A model generated the notes under the pieces. That model searched no databases. It had not been told where the DNA came from and saw only the letters and a program-made list of their open reading frames with translations. DNA of 64,000 nt, from assembly GCA_038087875.1 (NCBI GenBank), contig CM075988.1:15810001-15874000 (forward strand). The letters are read 5' to 3'. Every line of letters begins with the position of its first letter. The first letter of the stretch is position 1. The position numbers were made by a program, and so were the translations under genes. This stretch comes from Malacoraja senta (Eukaryota). Positions 38,553-51,130 of this stretch are shown here, in pieces.

Positions 38553-38866
38553 GATTGACACAAAAAGCTGGAGTAACTCAGCGGGTCAGACAGCAACTGG
38601 AGAAAAGGAATAGGTGAAGTTTCGGGTTGAGATCCTTTTTCACAGACAGCATCCTTAGTCAGGATTGAACCCAGGTCTCCGGTGCTGTATGGCCCTAACT
38701 GTACCACTGTGCCACCCACTGCATGCTATCAAAATTCACAGTCTGATGAAGGGTCTCGACCCGACACGTCACCCATACCTTTTCTCCCGAGATGCTGTCT
38801 GACCCGCTGAGTTACTCCAGCTTTTTGCATCTATCTTCGGTTTAAACCAGTATCTGCAGTTCCAAC
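38553..38866. mobile_element. Inverted pair of PLE-derived repeats around a 100-bp filler; about 18-bp flanking direct repeat
   Basis: ACATCATGTTGGTTCAAA at 38535-38552 vs ACATCTTGTAGGTTCAAA at 38867-38884. Core CTGATGAAGGGTCTCGACCCGACACGTC at 38743-38770. Confidence 0.8.
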
Positions 38867-40729
38867 ACATCTTGTAGGTTCAAAACTCTATTGCTCTCTG
38901 TCTTCAAGATGGAGTATCTGAAATTTGGTTAAGATGGTGAAGAGAAATTCAAAGATTCTTGAAGCAGTTCTCGAGCAAGACAAGAGAGCTTAATTGTTAT
39001 ATGTCCCAACAATGGAACAATGAAATTGTTAATTGCTACAGTTTAACAGGCCTGTAAATGCAATAATACACTGATAATATTTAATAAAAATATAATAACC
39101 ATAACACTAGGTAACCATAAAAGCACAAAAACCGAAGTCTGTAGTGCAGCCCAAATCAGTCCATAGACCACAGTCCATCAGATCATAGTTGCTGAGGTTC
39201 GGGTTGTGCAGTGTTCAAGAGCCTGATGGTTGCTGGAGAAAAAGCTGTTCTTCAACCTGGTGTTCTTCCTATCCGAGCAATATGTCTGTCTCTCTTTTCA
39301 GTGACTGACCCTCTAGACTGTTCTACTTGAGAAACAGTTCTTGAGCATAGATGACAAATAACCAAAAATGGAATAAATGTTTATGGTGCAACTTAAGAGG
39401 AGAAGAGGGATTTTGAGGGAACGTATTCGAAGCTTGGGGCTTAGACAGCTGTAGGGAGGAAGGCCGGGATCTCAGAACTTTGCAAAACGAAGAAGGTTTT
39501 GTAAACCCGAAAGATAATTTTAGAATTAAGGTATGTGAAGTCAGGGAACCCGAAGTAGGGGCAGCGAGGACCAGAGGGATGATGCTCCATGCGATTTAGG
39601 AAATGGAAGATAGAGTTTTGGATGATTTTAAGTTTATGGAGCGTGACAGATGACAGATGAAAGATTTTCTAAAGAACATTTTGGTTATTGTCTGCTTGCC
39701 TCTCGGGGGATTGTTTAGTATATCCCATCACCAACACATTTATTTTTCATTTGCTTGGCCAATGTATTATGATGTTAAAGGTTCCCGGACATTTCACCAT
39801 CAATTAGACAACAAGGCAAGAGTAGGACTGATAAGAGTCCAAAAAAACAATGTGCTTGAACACAGCAGACCAGGCAACACCTGTAGAGGGAAAGGGTCCC
39901 AAAGTTTGAAGAAGGATCCCAACCTGAAGCGTTGTTGTCCATTTCTCTCCACATTCCCCCCCCCCCCCCAAACTTGCTGAGTTCATCCAGTACATTGTTT
40001 TTTGCTCAAGATTCCAGTATCTATGATCGCTTGTGTATTTAATGATCGAGCCCAAGATCTGCATGTTTAGTTTATAGATACAATGTGGAAACAGGTCCTT
40101 CAGGCCATCGAGTCCGCACCGACCAGCGATCACCCATACACCCATACACGTCTATCATACACACTAGGGACAATTTACAGAGGCCATCTTTCGAATGGGA
40201 AGGAAACCAGAGCATCTGGAGAAAGCCCATGTGGTCACAGGGAAAACATATAAACTCCACACAGACAGTATCCATAGTCAGGATTGAACCCGGATCTCTG
40301 GTGCTGTAAGACCGCAACTGTACTGCTGTGCCCCATTGCATGCTATCAAGGTTCATAGAGTACATGGTAAATGATCCATATGGATTGAAATTAACAATTG
40401 AAGAAGATGATGACAGATGGAAAGTGTTCTGCCTAACATTAAATAATCAATACTCCCCCATCAAGATGTTATCCCCCCTCCTTTTCCAGCATTCTCCTCC
40501 CTACTACAATCAGTGTGAAGAAGGGTCCCAACCCAAAACATCACCTATCTATGTCCTCCAGAGATGATGCCTAATCTGCTGAGTTACTCCAGCACTTTGT
40601 GTTCTGAGGCTGTTCCCTTTTCAGTGACGTGAGCAAGATGGAGAAGGATGTCAGCGAGCACAGAGCAGGACAATGCACCATCCCTCAGACTGGCAGTAAA
40701 AGCATTACCCTTGCTGGCGACGTGAAGCA

Positions 40730-42400
40730 ATGTGGGTAGATAACAAATAAAAGAGATTCATTATCTTCAGGGATACTTGGACAAATTGCATTGATCGAAT
40801 GAGATACAGCAGACAGATTTTAACGTGGATAAACATTAGCTCATGCTTAAAGGGGTGTATTACTTCCTGGCTTTGGGATGATGAACATGTTTAAAATGAG
40901 ATTCATATAGGTAAAGAAATGAATATATTATATTTATTTTGAACTTTTACATCTTCGGCATATTCTAATGTGCTTCAAAGCCAATTTTCAAAATGTAATT
41001 AATTTGAGCATATATATTGATTTGTAGGTGAGCACAGTGGCCAACTTTGTGGACAGCAAGGCCCCACAAGTAAGTGTAAGATTACAGAATGAAACAATTG
41101 TTACAGCACAAATTGACATCATTCAGCCTATTGAATTCATTATGTGTCAGATGAAGTTTAATGTGGATGTTTTTATAGGAAAATGAGAAAAAGCAATATA
41201 GAATAATGTATACTCTACTAAAAAGGGTGTAGATGTAGAGGGAACTGGGGCACGTCATTGATAGTGGTAGAGCTGAGAAAATAATATACTGAGTATAAAA
41301 TCAAGGATGTCTTGGTGAACCTTTAGAAAATATGGATGCTGGAATATGGTGTTAAAGTTTGATCACCTCTTTATGAGGATGTGAAGATATTAGAGAGGCC
41401 CAGAAAAGATTTACAAGAATGAATTCCAGGATTAGGACTACACTTACGAGAATGGATTGAGATACTGGGGCTGTTTTCTTTGGAGAAGGCGGAGGGGAGA
41501 TTTGATAGAAGCATAGAAGATAGGGCTGCATTGTGGCACAGTGATGGAGTTGCTGAATTATGGCGCCAGAGACCTGGGTTCAGAGTTTGTACGTTCTCCC
41601 TATGATCAAATGGGTTTTCACTGGGTGATCCAGTTTTCTCCCATATTCCAAAGACGTGCAGGTTTATAAGTTAGTTAGAAACATAGAAACATAGAAAGTA
41701 GGTGCGAGAGCAGACCACCAGGCCCATCGAGCCCGCACCGCCACCCGCTCATGGCTGAACACTAAACAGACACCCTTACCCACAAACAGTAGACACAAGA
41801 CACAGAACACAAGACACTACCCTCCCCTTTATATCGCTATCACCCCTCTCCACCCCAAGAACCGCGTGATCTCCTGGGGGAGGCCACAAAGTTGGCCACT
41901 GTGCTCACCTACAAATCAATATATATGCTCAAATTAATTACAAGTTGGCTTCTGTAAATTGCCCCTAGTGTGTAGGATAGAACTAGTGCATAAGGGTGAT
42001 CGTTGGTTGGCGGGGACTCGGTGTGCCGAAGGGCCTGTTTCCACGCCGTGTCCCAAAACTAAACTAAACATATAAAATGAAGAGGGGTCGGTACAGAGTG
42101 GATAGTATAAAGTTGTTCCCTTTGGGTTCGAGACTAGGGGACAGATATATAAAGAGAAAGAAGTGTGACATGAGAAGGAACATTTTCACTCAATGTTTGG
42201 TTGGTCTCTGGAATGTACAGCCTTCAGATATGGTCAAGTAGGGTTCAATTCAAGAGCGATAAATATATGGTGAGGAAAATGTTGCAAAGCTACAAAGATA
42301 AGGTTTGATTGTGGCATTAGTTAGCTCCTCCGGAACAGAACCTGTGCAATCACCATGGCTTGAATGGCCTCCTTCTGTGCAATAACCATTCTACGCTTCC
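40730..42400 (+). mobile_element. Old CR1-like remnants with a nested SINE (41522-42065) and a nested antisense CR1-type 3' end (41676-41883)
   Basis: Degenerate CR1 RT/3' motifs; (AGAAACAT)n tail at 41677-41697. Confidence 0.65.
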
Positions 42401-43309
42401 TTGATTCTTTTACCCTTAGCCTTTGGATGCCTATCCAATTCCCTATTGAATAGCCAAGTAATCTGCTTCAGTGAAGTTGATTGACCATTAAATATTAGTG
42501 GGGGAATGGAGTTGCTTTGCAAAATGGCATGGACTTGATGGACCAAATGGCTTCCTTCTCTATTGCAAGGAAATATGCAAAATTGGCCAGATGTTGATGT
42601 GAATTCCCTTGTTCTTCTTTGAATAGACCCGTGTGATCATTTGTGAACAGTGACTCTCCAATTTAACAATAACTGAGGGTACTGTCAACAGTGCAGCACC
42701 ACCATACCGCAAAAATCCTTGCGACGGGTTTATAAGGCCTGATGACTTATCAGGGGTGTGAGTCTTAACCAAGTCCCCTCCAACCTCCAGTTGCATTTTG
42801 AAACAGGATAATCCTTTCCCATACACATTCCTTTAAAGTAGTAACCAACAAAAACTAAGAGGGAATGATCCTCTGACCCCAACCAACAATAGGAAGACCA
42901 TATCCTGAAGAGTAATGTACAGGGTACAGAATCATGACAGCAGCTAGTTCAGAGCTATTTAGAAGTATTGTAAAATATTTTAATTAAGATTTGCTGAGAA
43001 GTGAGCAAGGATTACAAAAATGATAACAGAATTACTGGATCATTTCCCCATAGAAGGCAAAGAAAGAAATTCCGTTGCATTTGTACAAATTTGGTGGTAA
43101 AATGGGTGGAAAATCCTTAAGAAAATAAACAGACATGTGGTCTGGGGGGGAACGAGATTAATGACTCAAATGTTTTTTTGCGTACTCCACACTTCCTTAT
43201 TTTGCCTCTGCGTTTTCAAGTTTCGGAGGAAGATTAAGAAACTGGTGAGTCTGTTGAGATTTGGCACATGATCGTTTAGAGTGTTCAGAGGTCAACGCAT
43301 CCCCCAAAT

Positions 43310-43580
43310 CCACAGTGGCTTACTTAATTAAATAAATACGTTGCTTATACGTAATGACTTTCGTGATCTCAGGACTCAGCAAAACTCTTTGAAAGTAACT
43401 TTTTAAATTTGTATTCGATGCTGCAGCAGCTGATTTGTACATAGCAGGCTCCCACAAAAAGCAATGCGATCGGATTATGCTTTTTGTGATGTTATCGAAG
43501 ATAAATATTAGTCTGGAAATAGAGAATAATGGAGCTTCTTCAAAATGGTGCCATGCCATTTTTTGTATGTCCAGCTGAAG
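43310..43580 (-). mobile_element. Ancient Deu-domain-type (SacSINE1-like) SINE remnant; similar remnants near 9110-9500, 10190-10320, 22420-22680, 34960-35340
   Basis: Recurrent degenerate motifs ATAAATATTGGCCAG...CTTCAAAATGGTGCCA and TTGYACAYAGCARGNTCCCACAAA. Recognition only. Confidence 0.45.
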
Positions 43581-44809
43581 GCAGTTTCATTTTTCTTGGC
43601 ACAATGGGTATGACTGAACCTCTTGTCTGTGACAGATCTGCTGATTGTTCTATATTTCACTTCCTTCATGGCCGATTCAGGTCCAGTTTGATAGCAAACA
43701 ACAGATGCCTTGTTATGTGGATGGCAAGCCTTTACATCAGCTCCTGAACATTCGGTCTTCCTGCAGGAAGAGCTTTGTTTATTTTAGCCTTTGGCCGGAA
43801 GGAAATTAAATCCAGAATGCTTTCCAAGTGACGCAATGATAAAAAAAAAAGAGGGCAAAAATGACAAATTGTGGAAATAGGTCTGGAATATGCAATTCAG
43901 ACTACAGTTTATGCTCATGAGGAGGGTAATTGAGAGAATGGGTTGATTTGCACAAAGTGTCTGTTCGTTCTGTTCCTGTACATTATGAAGGATCAGAGCA
44001 TATCTCTCAGAAACATCCCAGTTATTCAACATGAAGAGCAAGACTACCGTAGAAGCACATCGCAAGTTCCCCAAACACAACAGTTAGGTAAAAGGCCAGC
44101 AAAGCTGTTTTGGAATAGACATTGACCAGGGAGGTTCCCTGGTTACTGACTGGCGCCATGCAATCTGTATCAGCCAAATCAAGCCTCAATATAACATGCA
44201 ACATAAAGGGTAAAACTGTCAGCATTAGTGCTTGCTCCACTGTGCTGGGTTGGCAGATGTGAGGTATCTTGATGGGAATGACTGATTTAGGCATTATTTA
44301 TCTGTTGAATGACCCCTGGTGTCTGTCAACACAACAATGTGGAGTCCAGCAAAAACAAAAACCTGCATCAGATTTATGATTGCATCAAGGGATCATCATT
44401 GTGCTTCTTGCAGAGTTAATATTTGTGGAAAGATTTGTAAAGGGAACTGGGTGTATTGATATGGTAACTATGAGAGAGGTGTGGAAGAAAAGTAGGATCA
44501 GGAGGGGAGACAGGTAAAGGGGGGTGCGGAAATGAGAGATACTGTAAGTGTCCAAGGCACTAATCAAAGTCAAGGGACTAAAATACTCTATATTAAAACA
44601 AAGGATAATTTCCTGCAACACTGCACTGCTCTCAAAGTAAACTTGCAGAGTCTTTCAACATCCATTATATGTTTACATAGAATTGTACAATTGTACTCAC
44701 ATTCCCAATTGCACAATTGTACTCACAGCAGAGTTCTCAGTTGCACAGTGTACAGTACAGTGTACAGGCAGATGCTTCATACCTGCAGTAACCCCAGATT
44801 CAATCCTGA

Positions 44810-45115
44810 CTTTAGACTTTACTTTGGAGACACAGCATTGAAACAGGCCCTTCGGCTCACCGAGTCCACGCTGACCAGCAATCTATTCGTACACTAGCAC
44901 TATCCTACACACTCGGGATAAATTACAATTTACAGAAGACAATTACAACCTGTACGTCTTTCGAATCTAGGAGGAAACCGGAACACCCGGAAAAACCCCA
45001 CGCGGTCACAGGGAGAACGTACACACTCCGTACAGACAGCACTAATGGTCAGGATCGAACCTGGTTCTCTGGCGCTGTAAGGCAGCAACTCTGCCGCTGC
45101 GCCACTGTGCCGCCC
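44810..45115 (-). mobile_element. HE1/V-SINE-like SINE inserted in an older + strand SINE (about 44765-45410)
   Basis: Reverse complement of the SINE consensus, with the head at about 45115. Confidence 0.85.
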
Positions 45116-46357
45116 CACTGGGCCGCCCCACTGTGACCTCCAGTGTAGTCTGTGTTTGCACACCCTTCCTCTGACCTCTTAGTTTTCTTTGGGTGTTCTG
45201 GTGGCCTCCCATATCCCAAAGTCCCGCTGGTTAATTGACTCCTGTAAATTATCCTCAGTGTTGGTGGCTGTTGGGAGAATCACAGAGGAGTTGATGCGCA
45301 TATGAGAGAGAATATGTTAGAAGGAAATGTGGGCAAATGCCATTAATGGGAATATTCAGAGAGCCAACGCAGATTTGATCAACTGAATGGCCTCCTTCCA
45401 TGTCATAAGGAAATACGAAAATAGGATAAAATTCTCCCTGTTATCATTGAACCATACAGCACTGTTGGATTATTTAGCTCATTAAGCCAACTGTGAAAAA
45501 CTTCAACTCACACCAGTTCTCTTTCCTTGTAGCCAGGCAGATTTTAAATATTCACATTTATATGCTGTACTCTTTTGAAAATTACTATTGAATCTGTTTC
45601 CATTGCCCATTCAGGCAGTGAATTTCAGCTCATAACAACGGTATATAAGACAATTCTCCAGTCTCTTCTCTTTTCCTTCCCAATAATCATAAATCTTTTT
45701 ACTATTCGATAACTAATCCTCTTGCCAGTGGAAAGAAATTTCTCCCTTGGTTTCTCCCAGGCTAAAGAGTAAAATAAACAAAGCTCTTCCTGCAGGAAGA
45801 CAAATGTTCAGGAGATGAGGTAAAGGGTTGCCATGCACGTAACAAGGTTCTGAACACCTCCAATTTAGTTTATCCCCTCTCCCCACTTTAAACGAGCAGG
45901 CAGAGTGTTGCCATACAGGCTCCCAACAATTTTAAATACAATAATAATTTCTGGGTTCTATACCATATCTATATTTTATTGCAGTTCCTATTGGTTTGGG
46001 GATCTAGCTACTGAATTTTGCTTTCCTTTAACCATTTTCACAACTGTGAACCTCTATAAATTAATACGATTAATATATTGGGAACGGACTTACATTTTTT
46101 GGTGTTATTTTTAAACTGTTCTCTGGTTAATTGGTTTATTGATCAGACTCCCTCTGCTGTTCCTTCTGTAATGGTTAAAAAGTGCTGATCTTTAGGAACA
46201 GCTGGCTTCCTGCAGTCCCNNNNNNNNNNNNNNNNNNNNNNNNNNNNNNNNNNNNNNNNNNNNNNNNNNNNNNNNNNNNNNNNNNNNNNNNNNNNNNNNN
46301 NNNNNNNNNNNNNNNNNNNNNNNNNNNNNNNNNNNNNNNNNNNNNNNNNNNNNNNNA

Positions 46358-46751
46358 AGAGACGGATAGAGAGAGGAAAATATAGATTAAAAAGATAGAA
46401 AGTGACATTGTGGGATACGAGAAGATAAGGAGATAGACAAGCAAGCACCAGAAGGGGGAGGAGATTGAAAGAGAGGGGGTTGACAGGGGGTAAAGGGTTT
46501 GAGGGAAAGAAAGTGGGAGAGTGGCGTGGAAGCAGACCCTTTAGAAAGGAACAGAAAGGAAAGAGAGTGTGTGGGAGAGAGAGGGGGAGCGAGTCTCACC
46601 AAATCCTCCCATCTCCTCACGGCTTCCTGCTCGGATTTGCTGCATTTTTTTCCCCGGCGGAGGCGAGATGGAGACCCCGGGTGCACGAAGCTGCCCAAAG
46701 TGCTGAGATGCTGCTTTCTCCCGGCGCTTTGCAGGCGATGTTGTGGGGGAC
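46358..46751 (+). promoter_or_regulatory. GA-rich / CpG-rich putative LAYN promoter and 5' UTR, next to an assembly gap
   Basis: Purine-rich tract after the N-run 46220-46356; CpG density rises from about 46620. Confidence 0.5.
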
Positions 46752-46824
46752 ATGGAGCCCAAGGCATTACTGACGATGATGGTACTCTGTCTGCGCTGCA
46801 GCATCGCCTTCAAACTCCTGAGCG
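46752..46824 (+). CDS. LAYN: Probable LAYN (layilin, C-type lectin receptor) coding exon 1, signal peptide MEPKALLTMMVLCLRCSIAFKLLS(G)
   Basis: Kozak gacATGG, hydrophobic signal peptide ending KLLS-G with a phase-1 GTGAGT donor (human LAYN ...GRLLS). CpG-rich. Lies downstream of HOATZ on the same strand as in human. No lectin-domain exon was found in the window. Confidence 0.72.
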
Positions 46825-49260
46825 GTGAGTTCGGGGAAGATGCACAACTCCCGGCACGTGTAACGCTGTGTTTCTTTACATCTGAGATTAAATCCTGGAT
46901 TCCGAAAAACTTTTTATTCTGATATTGGATCGGAGCTAAGTACGTTTTCAGGCCAGAACTTGTCCGAGCTTGCACCCAATTTCCTCTCGGCGTCGCCACA
47001 ACCAATCACTAGATATTTAGTTTTTAAAAAGGAAAGGGAAAGTTCGTAAATTATTGTTCGCAAATTAACGTGTTTGGGTGATTAGAATTACCACAGAGCT
47101 TTACCGTGTTTAGCAAACAAAAAAGCGAACGCTATTGAGAACTTCGCGAATTGGTGACATAATATAATTTTCGCAGTACTACTTCTGAAAACTAAAATGT
47201 TTAATGTGGTTGAGCATATTGGATTTTCTGGATGGGGGGGGGGGGGGGGGGGGATGATGGGGGTGGTAATTACAGAATATAGTGAGTTCAGCTTCTGTAA
47301 CATAGTCATTCTCCATTCATCTTCCGCCGGTCAGCTGGGAGCGAAAACCAGTCGATATCACTTGGTTGAACAGCAATCCGATTCAATCCTATGGATGATG
47401 GATGATGGGTGGTGTCAAGACATGGCGGAGTGAAGGCAGTTTTTTGGGGATATTGCTATCTATCTCCCTTTCTCCCCCCATCTCTCTCTCTCCTCCCCCC
47501 CCCCCCCCTCTCTCTTACCTCTATTTCTCTATCATCCATTCCTATCCCAGGCTTCCTGACAGCTGCCATGAGTGAAGTGTTACAGTTAGCAGATAAACTA
47601 TACCACAGCAGAATGTATTTTACTGAGCTTTCCAAAATTAAGAACGATTTAAACATAGAAAATCAAGTCATAAGAAAGATCTGCAGATGCTGGTTTTTAC
47701 CAAAGGAAGACACAAATTGCTGGATTCACTCAGCGGGCCAGGCAGCATCTCTGGAGAAAATGGATGAAACATTTCTGGTTGGGACGCTTCTTCAGCCCAC
47801 TTTTCTTTACAGAAAATGGAGTTGCCAGTGGGATGATATCCATTGAATACTGCAGTATGTTATGATTTGGAGTACCTGAAAATTTGGCTGTGTTTTTCTC
47901 TATTTGGATGCTGCCTGACCTCTTGAGTATTTCCAACACTTTCTGTTCTCTTACAGATTCATGGTAAATGGCAAAACGACCCAGGATGGCTTGTGGAAAA
48001 ACTATTTAATGAGTGGTCAGGATTTGGAATTATTGATAATTCCAGATAATTTGGAGTACAAAGATTTTATGATAGTCCAGAAAGGAACAAAATAAATGCT
48101 TAAGGGATAAACATTGCAAGTGAAAGAGTGGGCTAGTGAAACGGATTGAATATAACTTTGAGGAGCTGATAGACCTCCCGTAATATTATTAAAATAGCAA
48201 ATGCTGGTGATGCTCAGCAGTCAGGCTGCATCTGTGGGAAAAGAAACATTTCAGGTTGAAGACCCTTTATCAGAACTGGGAAGGACAAAAAAAAAGCTTG
48301 TTAACAGCAGGAGGGCGAGGGAAAGGAATGGCTCCAGGGTGGCCAGGGGGATAAAATGGAAACAAGGTTATCTGATTAATGAATGAATGGGAACTGTCAG
48401 AGAGGTGAACATAGATGGCACAGTGGCCTGGTAGATCTTCTGGGGAGAAAGCAGGAACGGGGTACGGATTTTGGATGATCAGCCATGATCATATTGAATG
48501 TCGGTGCTGGCTCAAAGGGCCGAATGGCCTACTCCTGCACCTATTTTCTATGTTTCTATGTTTCTACCTCACAGTGCCAGAGACCCAGGTTTAATCCTGA
48601 CCTCGGGTGCTATCTGTACGGTGATCGCACGTTCTCCCTGAGTTTCTTCAGGTGCTCTGGATTTATCGCACATCCTAAGGACATGCAGCTTTGTAGGTTA
48701 ATTAGCCTCTTTATATTGCCCCTCGTGTGTAGGGAGTTGATGAGGAAGTTGGATAACATAGAACTAGTGTGAACAGATGATCCATGGTCAGCGTGGACTC
48801 GGTGGGCCAAAGGGCCTGTTTCCATGCTGTATCTTTCAATCAATCAATGGACAAAACAGGGAGCAAGATGCTCCCCAGCAAGAAAGGCTTGCATGTCCTT
48901 CACTCCCAGAGGAAATATAAAGGGGGAAAAAAGCGAACAATCTGAGCCAACATCATAGAAGAACGACTGATACAGATGGAGAAATCAAGTTACCTGAAGT
49001 TGTAGACTTCAGTAATGAGTCCAGAACCCTGCCACGTGACCAGGCAGAAAATGAGGTGCTGTTCCTTGAGCTTCAATTGGGACTCATTGTAACACTGCGG
49101 GAGGCCAGAGACTGATAGATCAGAGTGGAATGAAGACCTCTTGTATGCTATATCATTCTATTGAACTATATGACAGTCATAGGCTCAACTTTTGTTTCCA
49201 TGAGTGTTGATCATTATGCGGTAAGCAAATTTAGGTGTTTTAAAATGACTAGAAGATTTG

Positions 49261-49348
49261 CAGAAGGGTCTCGACCCGAATCGTCACCTATTCCTTATCT
49301 CCATAGATGCTGCCTCACCCGCTGAGTTTCTCCAGCATTTTTGTCTAC
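49261..49348 (+). mobile_element. Short PLE-derived repeat; 10-bp flanking direct repeat
   Basis: AGAAGATTTG at 49251-49260 and 49349-49358. Confidence 0.75.
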
Positions 49349-49814
49349 AGAAGATTTGACAGGGTAAATCGCTTATGGTCTTTGGTGACAGAGTCCAAGG
49401 TGAATCAGCCTAAATCCTGATCGAGCCTGTATACAAGTGGTCAGAAAGCACTTCTCCATACAAAGGAACTGGAAATTTAAAACTATTTCTTCACAATAAG
49501 TTGTTGAGCCTGAATGAAATATTAGTAATAAAAATGATAGTCTGTTGTTTCACAACAGTTGTGGAATCCTCCCTGGAACTTGATTGTTTTTGCCCCAGTT
49601 GTAATGAGAAATGGCAGATACTTTAATTGTGATCTTCCAAAGTGCCATCTGGTTTAGCAAGTGTGTGTTATAGTGAATCACAAATATAACTTTGTTATTA
49701 AAGATCTGTGAGAGAAAGAGACCAAAATATTACATATCCATTAGTCTCATATAAGTTGTGGAGACGTTTTTGAGTCAGAATTACTGTGATTTAGCCCATT
49801 GAGACCAATTTTAT

Positions 49815-51130
49815 GTTCATAAGTAATAGGAGCAGAATTAGGCCATTCGGCCCATCAAGTTTACTCCATCATTCAATCATGGCTGATCTAATTCACCCTC
49901 CTAACCCCATTCTTCTGAGTTCTTCCCATAACCCCTGACACCCGTACTAATCAAGAATCTATCCATCTCGGCCTTAAAAATATCCATTGATGTCCTCCAC
50001 AGCCTTCTGTTGGCAATGAATTCCAATTCAACTTAGGTGATGTATATTAAACATAATGATTTTTGGGGGCGGATATAAGTAATATAAGTAGACACATGAA
50101 ATCCAATGGAAGGCATTTGATATGTTTCCACCCTGCAGATTGGTGAAAGTAATTATTGTTCTTGGGAAATGATGTAAATTAATGATTATGATTATTATAT
50201 AAGCAGTAGAAGACAGAGTGTAGGGATAATGGGTAACTCCTCAATGGTGGAAGAAATAAATCACTCTGCCTCATTTATGAAGAGGCCTCAATTATTATAT
50301 CTATTTTTGATTTGTAATATTGTAAAAAGGCAATAAGTTACATTTATTATAACACAATGATTGGTGGTTGGGCCGAGCTGGGAACATAACATTACATGAA
50401 GACTGACCAATTAATTGGCAAAGTGGCAGATTGATGTCAATGTAGATAATGGTGAGGTAATCCATTTTGGGCTGAAGAAAAATGAGCTCAGCATTATTCA
50501 AATAGTGAAAATCGTTAATACTGAAGATACAGTAGTTAGTTGTGAATATTAATGAACTGGATAACAATGTTGTTGACATGATCAGTAAGTTTGCAGTTGA
50601 CACTAAAATGTGTTGTAGAGGACAGTAAAGAATAGAAGAGAGTTAGATTTAGCTCTTGGCGCTAATGGAATCAAGGGATATGGGGAAAAGCAGAAACGAG
50701 GTACTGATTTTGGATGATCAGCCATGATCATATTGAATGGCCGTGCTGGCTCGAAGGGCCGAATGGCCTACTCCTGCACCTATTTTCTATGTTAGCTAAG
50801 ATTATAACATGATCTAGATGAACTGGGGAAGTGGGCCAAGTAATGGCATATAGAATTTAACTTGGACAAGTGCGAGGTGTGAGACAAGTACAACGTCTGG
50901 AACGCTTGCCTTCGTGGGTCAGGATGGTGATATAGGACATCATGATGAAACTGGATAAGTTGTTGGTGAGACCGCACTTGGAGTACTGTGTGCAGTTCTG
51001 GTCAGCAGCTATAGGAAGGATGTAACTAAACTTGAGGAGGTGCAAAACAAATTTTTGAGTGTGTTACCAGATCTGGAGGTTTTGAGTATGGAGAAGCTGG
51101 AAAGATGCTGTTTTTTACCTGGAGCTAAGG
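49815..51130. mobile_element. Cluster of CR1 fragments (49815-50030 minus; 50380-51130 plus)
   Basis: CR1 3' UTR consensus (gatcagccatgat...ggcctactcctgc); ISKFAVDT and RPHLEYCVQFWS motifs. Confidence 0.75.

Noticed and set aside
47957-47963. Possible LAYN micro-exon after ttctcttacAG
   Set aside because: The acceptor-like tract belongs to a repeat tail, and the 7-nt segment before GTAAAT would break the frame.
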